Below are positions 50,467-64,000 of a stretch of 64,000 bases of DNA, in pieces (the first letter of the stretch is position 1; the number at the start of each line of letters is the position of its first letter). Both the position numbers and the translations under genes were made by a program. The notes below the pieces were generated by a model. It made no database searches. It was not told the DNA's origin and was given only the letters and a program-made list of their open reading frames with translations. This DNA comes from the human T2T-CHM13v2.0 reference genome, Homo sapiens. Location: the NCBI RefSeq assembly GCF_009914755.1, contig NC_060931.1. One strand, given 5' to 3'.

Positions 50467-51082
50467 TGTCAGAGGCATTTGAACCAGAGTGACTCCATCT
50501 TGAATAGGAGCTAGGTAAAATAAGGCTGAGACCTACTGGGCCACATTCCCAGGAGGTTAGGTATTCCGTCACAGGATGAGATAGGAGGTCAGCACAAGAC
50601 ACAGGTCATAAAGACCTTCCTGATAAAACAGGTTGCAGTGAAGCAGCGGCCAAAACCCACCAAAACCAAGATGTCAACAAAAGTGACCTCTGGTCGTCCT
50701 TACTGCTCATTATGTGCAAATTATAATGCATTAGCATGCTAAAAGACACTCCCACCAGTGCCATGACAGCTTACAAATGCCATGGCAATGCCCGTATGTT
50801 ACCCTAGATCATCTAAAAAGGGGAAGAACCCTCAGTTCCAGGAATCGCCCACTCCTTTCCTGAAAAATTCATGAATAATCCACCCATTGTTTAGCATATA
50901 ATCAAGAAATAACTGTAAGTATTATCAGTCGAGAACCCAAGCTACTGCTCTGCCTATGGAATAGCCATTCTTTATTTCTTAATAAACTTGCTTTCACTTT
51001 TTAGACTTTCTCTGAATTCTTTCTTGTGTGAGGTCCAAGAGCCCTCTCTTGGAGTCTGGATCAGGGCTCCTTTCAGGTAACA
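50467..51082 (+). mobile_element. MER41B solo LTR
   Basis: tgtcagaggc...ggtaaca; TSD aggc; GAS segment present. Confidence 0.9.
50836..50844. promoter_or_regulatory. GAS (STAT1) motif TTCCAGGAA in MER41B
   Basis: Matches TTCNNNGAA; activity untested. Confidence 0.4.
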
Positions 51083-52419
51083 AGGCTGTCATTGGGACAG
51101 TGGAAGTAGCCACTGTTGCTTACATCCTAGCTCTTCACAGGTATAGAAAGGAGAACCTCCTCTTCCCCCTACCCTTAACAATTTCCTGTACATCAACTCC
51201 ATCTCAGAGTCAGCTTGCTGGGGAATCCAACCTGTGACAACGCAGTGAGACAATGTTGAAGCCAGGAGTCATTTATTCCCTCTCTGGGCCCCAGTTTCTC
51301 CATATACAAAATGAAAATGGTACATTAGATGAGCAGTTCTCAAAGTGTGTGGCCCATGGACTCCTGACGGTGCCAGAGACACTATCAGGACATGTATGAA
51401 GTCCAAATCATTTTTTGCCCAGGCTGATCTCGAACTCCTGAGCTCAAGCAATTCACCTGCCTTGGTCTCCCAAAGTGCTAGGATTACAGGCATGCCCAGC
51501 TTAACAGTACTTTGGGAGACTGAGGCTGGTGGATTATGAGGTCAGGAGTTCGAGACCAGCCTGGCCAATATGGTGAAATCCCATCTCTACAAGAATATTA
51601 AGGTGTGGTTTGCTGTGTTCACTGAGTTGACATTTGCACTGAATGTGCAAACAATCGTGCCTTAGTGGTGACCTCAAACTGTGCTAGTCTCATGACATTC
51701 TTTACCATCATGCATGCACAGTTATAAAAAAAAAAAAGCAAAGCAAAAAAAAAAAGAGCGAGTTTCACTTGAGAATGTCCTTGACGAAGCAGTAAAAGTT
51801 ATTGATTTTATTAAATCTCCACCCTTGAGTACACCTCCTTCTACTATTCTGATTGTCCAAATGCATAATAAGGTACAGTGGTTGCCTTGAGAAGAACCTC
51901 AGGTGGGATAGTTGGAGATGTAAGTTGAACTAGTCGGCTTTTTCATGGAACACATTTTTAATCGAAGTAACAATTGACAGACAAGCTATGACACACATTT
52001 TCTTGGAAATTAACAAAGTGAGCCTGTCACTTCAAGTCAAACAAATCACAGTATTTATTACCAAGGATAAAACTCTAGCTTTTAAGTGAATATTAGATTT
52101 TTGGAAAACTTGTATCTGTCACCATGAGCTTGACAGCTTCCCAATACTTAATGACTTTTCTGAGATTGGTGAAGATATTGACAAATATGCTATTTGTTTT
52201 GATATTGTATCTTATAGTGTGTCCACATCTTGAAGACCCATGTAACTCAGTGAAGTAGCATATTTCTAATGACCAAAGCATGATGTGACAAACTCATGTT
52301 CCAATAAGAGAGCCAAAGGGCAGGTAGATCAATGGGTTTTAATGAAATAGATTATAAAAACTTCATTCATATGTTTCAGATTCTACATTGTATTCAACCT
52401 TTTAAAAACTACCTCATGT

Positions 52420-55030
52420 GGCCAGGCGCAGTGGCTCACACCTGTAATTTCAGTACTTCGGGGGGCCAAGTGGTAGGATTCCTTGAGGTCAAGAATTTGA
52501 GACCAGCCTGAGGAACATGGCAAAACCTCATCGCTACAAAAAATAAAAAAATTAGCTGTATTAGTCTGTTTTCATGCTGCTGATAAAGACGTATCCAAGA
52601 CTGAGAAGAAAAAGAGGTTTAATTGGACTTACAGTTCCACATGGCAGGGGAAGCCTCAGAATCACAGTGGGAGGTAAAAGGCACTTCTGAAATGGCAGTG
52701 CCAAGACAGAATGAGGAAGAAGCAAAAGTGGAAACCCCTGATAAACCCATCAGACCTCATGAGACTTACTCACTATCACAAGAATAGCATGGGTAAGACC
52801 GGCCTCCTTGATTCAATTACCTCCCACTGCATCCCTCCCACAACACGTGGGAATTCTAGAAGATACAATTCAAGTTGAGATTTGGTGGGGACACAGCCAA
52901 ACCATATCATTCCACCCCCGGCGCCTCCAAATCTCATGTTTTCACATTTCAAAACCAATCATGTCTTCCCAACAGTCCCCCAAAGTCTTAACTCATTTCA
53001 GCATTAACCCGAAAGTCCACAGTCCAAAGTCTCATCTGAGACAAGGCAAGTCCCTTCTGCCTATGAGCCTGTAAAATCAAAAGCAAGCTAGTTACTTCCT
53101 AGATACAAGGTGGAGGGAGTTGGGGGGTACAGACATTGGGTAAATACAGCCTTTCCCAATGGGAGAAATTAGCCAAAACAAAGGGGTTACAGGGCCCGTG
53201 CAAGTCCAAAATTCAGTAGGGCAGTTAAATTTTAAAACTCCAAAATGGTCTCCTTTGATTCCAGTTCTCACTTCCAGGTCACGCTGAGGCAAGAGGTGGG
53301 TTCCCATGGTCTTGGGCAGCTCTGCCCCTGTGGCTTTGCAGGGAATAGCCTCCCTCCCAGCTGCTTTCATGGGCTGGCATTGAGTGTCTGTGGCTTTTCC
53401 GGGTGCACGGTGCAAGCTGTTGGTGGATCTACCATTCTGGGGTCTGGAGAACGGGTGCCCTCTTCTCACAGCTCCACTAGGCAGTGCCCCAGTAGAGACT
53501 CTGTGTGGGGGCTCCGACCCCACATTTCCCTTCCGCACTGCCCTAGCAGAAGTTCTTCACGAGGGCACCACCCCTGTAGCAAACTTCTGCCTGGGCATCC
53601 AGGCGTTTCTATACATCTTCTGAAATCTGGACAGAGGTTCCCAAACCTCAATTCTTGACTTCTGTGCACCTTCAGGTTCAACACCATGTGGAAGCTGCCA
53701 AGGCTTGGGGCTTCCACCCTCTGAAGCCACAGCCCGAGCTGTATGTTGGCCCCTTTCAGCCATGGCTGGAGCAGCTGGGACACAGGGAACCAAGTCCCTA
53801 GGCTGCACACAGCACGGGGACCCTGGGCCTGACCCACGAAACCATCTTTTTCTCCTGGGCTTCTGGGCCTATGATGGGAAGGGCTGCTGTGAAGGTCTCT
53901 GGCGTGGCCTGGAGACATTTTCCCTATGGTCTTGGGGATTAACATTAGGCTGCTTGCTATTTATGCTAATTTCTATAGCTGGCTTGAATTTCTCCCCAGA
54001 AAATGGGTTTTTCTTTCCTGTCGCATAGTCAAGCTGCAAATTTTTCCAAACTTTTATGCTCTGCTTCCCTTGTAAAGGTGAATGCCTTTAACAGTACCCA
54101 AGCCACCTCTTGCATGCTTTGCTGCTTAGAAATTTCTTCCACTAGATACCCTAAATCATCTTTCTTGAGTTCAAAGTTTTACAGATCTCTAGGGCAGGGG
54201 CAAAATGCCACCAGTCTCTTTGATAAAACATAAGAAGAGTCACCTTTACTCCAGTTCCCAACAAGTTCCTTATTTCCCTCTGAGACTATCTCAGCCTGGA
54301 CCTTATTTTCCATATCGCTATCAGCATTTTGGGCAAAGCCATTCAACAAGTCTCTAGGAAGTTCCAAACTTTCCCACATTTTTCCTTTCTTCTTCTGAGC
54401 CCTCCAAACCTCCAATTTCTGCTTGTTACCCAGTTCCAGAGTCGCTTCCACATTTTCGGATATCTTTTCAGCAATGCCCCACTCCCAGTACCAATTTACT
54501 GTATTAGTCCATTTTCATGCTGCTGACAAAGACATACCTGAGATTTGGAAGGAAAAAGAGGTTTAATTGGACTTACAGTTCCGCATGGCTGAGGAGGCTT
54601 CAGAATCATGGCAGAAGGTGAAAGACACTTCTTACATGGCAGTGGTAAGAGAGAATGAGGAAGAAGAAAAAGCAGAAACCCCTGATAAACCCATCAGATC
54701 TCATGAGACTTATTCACTATCACAAGAATGGCACAGGAAAGACTGGCCCCCATGATTCAATTACCACCCTCTGGGTCCCTCCTACAACACATGGGAATTC
54801 TGAAAGATACAATTCAAGTTGAGATTTGCTGGGGACACAGCCAAACCATATCATTAGCTTAGTGTAGTGGCACATGCCTGTAGTGCCTGTGGTGGCACAT
54901 GCTACTCAGGAGGCTGAGACAGGAGGATCACTTGAACCTGGAAGGTCGAAGCTGCAGTGAGCCATGATTGCCCCACTGTACTCCAGCCTGGGTGGCAGAG
55001 TAAGACCCTGTCCCCCCCAAAAAACCAAAA
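52420..55030 (+). mobile_element. AluJ-like, split by THE1A
   Basis: Left arm 52420-52556, right arm 54854-55030. Confidence 0.9.
52557..54853 (-). mobile_element. Full-length THE1A (LTR-int-LTR)
   Basis: LTRs 52557-52909 and 54500-54853, ~1.6-kb internal region, 5-bp TSD ttagc. Confidence 0.92.
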
Positions 55031-55445
55031 GACCCACCTAATGTTGCATTTTGATTGTAGTATCAAATAATATTCACAATTATCTGTTATTAAATGTTCC
55101 CTTTCCTTTTCAACTACATTTTTGTATGAGGCTGGATTTTCTTCATGTACTTTGACCAAAACAACATATCTTAATTCTTCCGAATGCAGAAGCAGGTCTG
55201 AGAATCTAGCTATCTTATATTAAGCCTGATAATACAGAGATTTATAAAAATGTAAGACAATGCCACACTTTATTATGATTGTTTAGAAAATACTTGTATT
55301 TTAAATAAAAATATGTTATCCATGAGAATACATAATTGATTTGTTATTCTGATTTTAAATAAGTAAACATTTGAAGATATTTTTAGTATAATTTCCAACA
55401 TAATAAATATCAATAGATAAATAGATATAAGACTTCCTTGAAGTT

Positions 55446-56397
55446 TGTATTAGTTTTCTATTGCCGCTGTAACAAATGATCACAAATCTAGTAACTTAAA
55501 ACAACACAAACTTATTATTTTATAATTCTGTAGGTTAGATTTCTGACATAGGTCTCCCTGAGCTGAAATCAAGATAGGGGCAGAGCTGCATTCCTTCTGG
55601 AGGTTTTTGGGGAGAATCTGTTTCCTTGCTTTTTCTGGCTTAAAGAGGCCACCTCCATTCTCTAGTTTGTGGCCCCTTCCTCCATTTCCAAAGTGAGCAA
55701 TGATGCATTTCTTTCTCCCCATAATCACAGCTCCCAATCTGATCCCAGATGGATAAGATTTGTGTGATTAGATTGGGCCCACCTGGATAATCTAGGATAA
55801 TCTCCCCATTTTCTTACCTTTAAACTCATGTGCAAATTCCCTTTGGCCATGAAAAGTCACATAATCGTAGGTTTGGGGGATAAGGATGTTAACTTCTTTG
55901 AGGTTTAATTATTCTGCCAACTACAGTCTACCCACTGTCCCTTAAAGATTGATTTCTATCCCACAAAGCAAATTACATTAATTTCATCCCAATATTCCTC
56001 AACGTCTCAAACCATTACAACATCGATTCAAAGTCTAAAAATGTCATCTAAATCTCATCAACTCCAAAGTTCCAAATTTCTCCCTCTAAATCAAGTGTGG
56101 GTGAAATCCTGAGTACGGTTCTTCCTGGAGCATCACTCCTCTCCATCTGTGGACCTGGGAAATTAGAAAACAAGTTATCTGCTTCCAAAATACAATGGTG
56201 GAATGGGCATGGGACAACAGTTATAGACATTCTCATTCCAAAGGGAGAAAGTGGAAGGAAAAATGGAATCACTGATCCTAAGCAATTTTGAAATCCAGCC
56301 AGGCAATCACCATTAATTTTCAAGGTTTGGAAACAATTCTTTGTGGTTTGTGGCTCTGTCCTCTGGGTTTATGGCCACCTTTATTCTGCCAACCGTA
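55446..56397 (-). mobile_element. MLT1C/D LTR plus MLT1-int fragment
   Basis: tgtattagttttctattgccgctgtaacaaat LTR to 55925, internal-type sequence beyond. Confidence 0.75.
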
Positions 56398-56959
56398 GGG
56401 TCCTTAATTTTTAAGAATGCAAAGGAATCCTGGACACAAGTTTGAGAACTGCTACATTAGATCAGATCCATTAGAGACTGGGTGCCAGGAGAGCTGTTGA
56501 GAAGGATCCTGAGGTTGTCTGGATTCAGCTGGAAGGGTGCTTCAATGACTTAGTAATGTCTGCTGTGGTCTTAGCAGGGAGAGTGCTTTGATCAGTTAGT
56601 AATGTCTGCTGTGGCCCTGAAGGGACGCAGGCATGGTTACCATTCCTGTATCATCCATAAAGACCCCTCCAGCTTTGTGGGTCTCTGACTCCACAAATAC
56701 TCTCAGCATATGCTGAATGTTCTCAGAACATTCTGGAAGGACTAATTAATATCACAAGAAAAAGCTGTGCAGTTTCAACTAGGACCAGTGGCCCTTTTAG
56801 GCAGAGCTGATCCTGAAAAAAATGATGAGAGAGTTCTATTTTTTGCTATTATTCAAATTTCGGCAGTGTCTCTTCCACCCACAATTTTAGGACCCTGGCA
56901 TGTTTTGTCACCCCCACTGAAATCTCATTTCATAAAAGTATATGAGAAACTCATTTTTT

Positions 56960-57255
56960 ATTCTATTTTATTTTTTGAGACAGTGCCTAACTCTGTCACC
57001 CAGGCTGAAGTGCAGTGGTGTGATCTTGGCTCACTGCAACCTCCACTTCATGGGCTCAAGTGATTCTCCCACCTCAGCCTCCTGAGTAGCTGGGATTATA
57101 GGTGCATGCCATCACACCTGGCTAATTTTTGTATTTTTTTTAGAGACAGGGTTTTGCCATGTTGCCCAGGCTGGTCTCAAACTCCTGAGCTCAAGTGATC
57201 TACATGCTTTGGCCTCCCAAAGTGCTGGGATTACAGGTGTGAGCCACTGTGCCCC
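56960..57255 (-). mobile_element. Alu (AluJ-like)
   Basis: Antisense Alu dimer. Confidence 0.95.
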
Positions 57256-57637
57256 ACTTGGATGAACTCAAAGTCAGGCAAATGTACCAGCCTTTCTGGA
57301 AGGTTCCACTTTTATTGCAAGACAGTCTTCAGCCAGCAAATTTCAAACCTTTCAAACACATGGCCTCTCTTTTCTGAACATAAAAGTCTTGATCTTCCAT
57401 TCTGACATGGTTCCTTCAATGGGAGCCATAATATTATCTGAATATGCCTACTAGTCAAGAAAAGCCTGTTAAGCTTTATTTTCTGAAGTCTTTGTTGTGA
57501 AAATATTACAAATATGAATAATATTATACATTTTTTACTATGCTTTTTCAAACTCAGCCCCTACAACCTCAAAGTAGCCTAAAAAAGGGTTAGGCTTCTC
57601 CTTCCACCCAATCCTAAGTTAAGAATCCCTGTCTAAG

Positions 57638-58172
57638 TTGTGGCAGAATATATTTTCCAAGATGGTGTCAATAATCTCTCCCATTCCAAATGTTCTTTTA
57701 ACAGTCGTTTAACATCAATATGATTCACTGAGAGGTGAGGTCTACACTCCTGTCAATGGAATCTGTGTCACATGTGATTATGGAAAAAGTGACACTATGT
57801 GACTTCTGGTGCTAGGTCATAAAAGGCAATAAAGTTCCAGCCTTGTCCTGTTGTGATATTCATTCTTGGAGCCCAACCACCATGGAGCAAGGAAGGCCAG
57901 GCCACAAGGAGAGACCATGTGTGGGTGCTCCAGTCAACAGCCCTAGCTGAGGTCCCAGTGACAGCCAGCATCAACCACTGATGTTAGTAAACAAGCCTTC
58001 AGATCCCCCAGTGGTTGAGGCTTATTTGCTGTGCCCTAGATATCATGGAATAGAGATGAGTTGTCCCCATTGAGTCCTGCCCAAGTTGCAGATCCATGAG
58101 CAAAAGAAATGACTGCTGTTTTAAGTCTCTACATTTTGGGGTGGGTTGTTATATGGCAAGAATAATTGGAAC
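57638..58172 (+). mobile_element. MLT1 (F/G/H-type) LTR
   Basis: tgtggcagaatatattttccaagatgg...gttttaagtctctacattttgggg. Confidence 0.7.
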
Positions 58173-58228
58173 AAAAATCAAAAGAGAGTAAGAGAGTATG
58201 TCACTGGCAGATTATGGGGAAAGATATG

Positions 58229-59020
<792 letters not shown>

Positions 59021-60089
59021 ACCTTTGCAGTCTTCAAAATTATCAAGGACCCTATGGTAGGCCGAATAATGGTGGATCCATAAGCTGAGAGGCTGGAGCC
59101 ATAAAGCACGAAGAATTTTTTCAAAGCCTTGAAACTTAATGCAGTTGGGGAGAGATAACTTGTGAGATTTGACTTTGGACAATTTCCCCATTTCCCTTTC
59201 CCAATGTCTGTGACTAATCATATCCATGTACCCTTTAAAACCTTTTTTTAAGGACTTTGGGGTGAGTCACGTTACTTATTTAGGCATTAGTTTCTTCCCT
59301 TCTTAAAGGGGGACTTTGACCTACTCTCGAAGCTGCTTTTCTGCTTCCCACCTCCTAGTTTGCTCTCTTCATTTTCTTTTCCCCATGTTTCTCCTTTTTT
59401 TTTTTTCAAACTTAACAACGAAAATTGTAAATGCCACAAAATCTCCACCTCTCTACTAGATTGAATCCACTTGGGGTAGATAAACTGCAGGAATCGCTTT
59501 TTCTGGCTCTGTGAATTTGACAAGTGTGTTTGCACTCTGCCTGGTGTTTTGTCGGCATTTTCTCACTTCTCGATGCCAGGCTTCTCGCTAACAATTCAGG
59601 ATTCCAAGGACAGCCGCTGGTGGTCCTCCTCATTCTTTTATTTTTTTTCAAACCTCCAAATTGAAATATTTATGAATGTTTCTTTTCTTACCAAGTTCAA
59701 CTTAAACGAGTTATAGTCCGCACCCCTCTAGCCCAGAACCTGTGACTGTTTTTTTGAGAAAAATGTTCTTTTATTTTACAATATGCATTTTTAAAAATAC
59801 TGGAATACCGGAAGAATATATACATAGACATATATATATATTTGTTCCTATTTAAAAATAATAATAATAAAAATAAAATAAATTAAATAATAAAAATAAA
59901 AATAAAAGAGGGCTAGCTTGTACACAATATATATAAATAACATTTATTTAAAATATTTAATAATTTAGGCAGAGTGCAGTGGCTCATATATATATATATA
60001 TTCCTCAACAGTGGCCATCTTGGGATGAGAATAGAAATTTTAGGTAGGGAAATTTTTATGTTAAATATTTTTATAATTTTTATTTTACT

Positions 60090-60908
<819 letters not shown>

Positions 60909-61883
60909 TAAGTATTTAAAATAAATGTTATTTATGTATATTGTGTACAAGCTAGCCCTCTTTTATTTATGATATCTAGGTACAAAACATTTATTAATAA
61001 GTGTCTGGCTAATGCACACATTCTTGAGAACTTGGGGACCTTCAGCGCAATGCTAATTAAACTGGACCTGTACTTTTTTGTATTAGAAATTTAACCCATT
61101 TTTATTTATTATCATAATATAATTACTTTTAATTATATTATTTCATGCATTCTGTCATTCATATTTCATTATTTTGCCTTATAGACCATGCTTTCTTTGC
61201 TTTTCCCTTGTGAGTCAATAAAGGGTAGCCAATATTTAATTTTAATAAATGTTAGTTTTACATTTTTCAAAAATATCTTTGCTTGGGCAATATCTATAAC
61301 TATTAAATACAAAATTAATATGAAAACTTTTGACTTTTCTTTTTGAAATGGGGAATTCAAGATGTGTCTTAACTCTTTTTGTTCAACTTTTCTTGGCCAT
61401 GCAAGTAGAATCTGCAGCATACATTGTAGGATGCATGTTTTTATTAATATTGACATTTTTTACAATAACTCATCTCAGGAATCTCTGTTGACTTGGGCAT
61501 TCCTTTAATTACCAGTTTATGCCAATTATTTAGACAATCTCTGGTTAATAGTGTCCATGCTTGATTTTATAATTTCTCTGATCTTGAGCACTTATTTTTG
61601 GTGCATCTGCTAGGCTTTGATGAAAACTTTGGTTAAGATTTTCAGGAGTGCCTCAGTCATAGGATTTTCTGTGGCATAACCTATCTCAGACTATCTTTCC
61701 TTCACCTTGGCTCATGAACAGCATCTGGGTTAGGCAAAGAATTCTTGGGTCACAGATGTCTCCCTTAAACACTACAGACATTACTTCATTTTCTTCTGTG
61801 TTTGCAGTGATAGAATAGAATCTAGGGTTAGCTGAATTTTAGTTCTTCTGTCACAACTTGTCATTATAGTTTAATTTTTCTTA

Positions 61884-62309
<426 letters not shown>

Positions 62310-62549
62310 ATTGAGTATTTTTGATTTGCACACTCATGTGCTTTTTTTTTTCCAGCCCAGGAAAATTGTCTTCTATTAAACTATTTTTTTTTTTTCCTCC
62401 ACTTATTCTGGTTTCTTCTTTAGAAATATTGCTAATCTAGAGATTAGGTATACTGGACTGTTAGCCTGGACTTGGGAGACAAAACAATATGTCCATTATA
62501 CAGAGCAAAGAAGCTATGTTTTTTTAAATGGGGATACATTATAGGTAGC

Positions 62550-63205
<656 letters not shown>

Positions 63206-63849
63206 TGTTTACAGTTTCTTTAAGGAAATTCCCATTTCCTTAGCAGGACTCTTCCATTTAAAGACAAGATTGCAGGACTTTCCTTTGTACACATCTGGCT
63301 GCATCTCTTGGCTCTGAAACACATCTTTCTCATTGGTCCAATAAATAGTAGAAACAATCTGTAATCATCAGGTTTATCATGTAGATATATGACTGCCATT
63401 TGTTAATGGTGAGATTTATTGCAATAAAATTTATCTGCTCCAGTGTCCTTTTTAACAAGGCAAAGGAGATAGCACAACTCTAGTTTTATGTGTTTTGCGT
63501 GACTTAAGTCAGGACTTCGACTCAACTGCGGTTGAGCACTGGTATCTGTGCTCAGCTCACAAAAAAGCAGAATTTCTTCTACTTTCAGCAAAGTGCTTAC
63601 TGGTAAAATTGACCGTCTGAAAGAGTAAAGACAGTTCACCGAGGGGAGATGACCGGGAAAGCCATAGATCAGGGGTTTTCAAGGTTCTTTTCAGTTGTAC
63701 TTTCTCCAGCTGAAATCTTCCCTGGACACTTAAAAAGCTGATACGTTCTAGTTAAAGAAGGCATCGTACCATTCAACTAACTCTCCAATATGTGTACCTC
63801 TGCCCCATCAAGTTAACCCTGGGGAGGGTTCCAAGAAGCCCCAGGATTT

Positions 63850-63915
63850 GGCCAATCACAGTTTGAAAGCCAGTGCTGATTATAAAAGGCCTCGGGGTGG
63901 GGCCTGGCTTACTCT
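63850..63915 (+). promoter_or_regulatory. Candidate Pol II core promoter (CCAAT, TATA, Inr)
   Basis: GGCCAATCA 63850-58, TATAAAAG 63881-88, Inr TTACTCT with A at 63911 (TATA at -30). Confidence 0.4.
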
Positions 63916-64000
63916 TTGCTCAGTAGCTACTCATCAGGCTTGAGCCTCCTAATGCCTTGCACTGATACCAACTCCCTCTTCAGAACCATCACAGCATTTT

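Larger units (their letters stand above)
51331..56454 (+). mobile_element. Charlie1a hAT DNA transposon fossil with nested insertions
   Basis: TIRs agcagttctcaaa / tttgagaactgct; perfect 8-bp TSD cattagat; degenerate transposase 3' region at 51700-52410 and 55045-55270. Confidence 0.9.

Noticed and set aside
53092-54233. Overlapping 80-160 aa ORFs
   Set aside because: Lie in the THE1A internal region; fragmented and typical of MaLR-int.
56550-56614. 19-bp direct repeat with 27-bp spacer (CRISPR-like look)
   Set aside because: Only two copies in mammalian DNA; probably internal repeat of an old DNA-transposon relic.

Overview
Primate (most likely human) non-coding genomic DNA. I find no recognisable protein-coding exon, RNA gene or CpG island; the ORFs in the track are Alu/L1/LTR read-throughs or chance ORFs. 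The window holds about 45 Alus, several L1 3' fragments, L2/MIR relics, DNA-transposon fossils (MER5A, MER44, MER30, a Charlie1a with intact TIRs and 8-bp TSD) and many LTRs. The LTRs include a dense pile-up at 40.9-51.1 kb (4x MER41, 2x MER4, LTR2, LTR47, a MER31-like host) and a full-length THE1A inside an Alu inside Charlie1a. The most unusual signal is a set of at least five short (17-122 bp) insertions that interrupt known repeats and are copies of sequence 0.01-3.4 kb away, direct or inverted, without TSD or poly(A). They look like fossil template-switch/TMEJ repair scars and occur alongside several clean tandem duplications. A well-spaced CCAAT-TATA-Inr set lies at the right edge. I cannot support a new biological 'system'. 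Repeat family names come from recalled consensus sequences and need RepeatMasker/Dfam confirmation; boundaries without TSDs are approximate.
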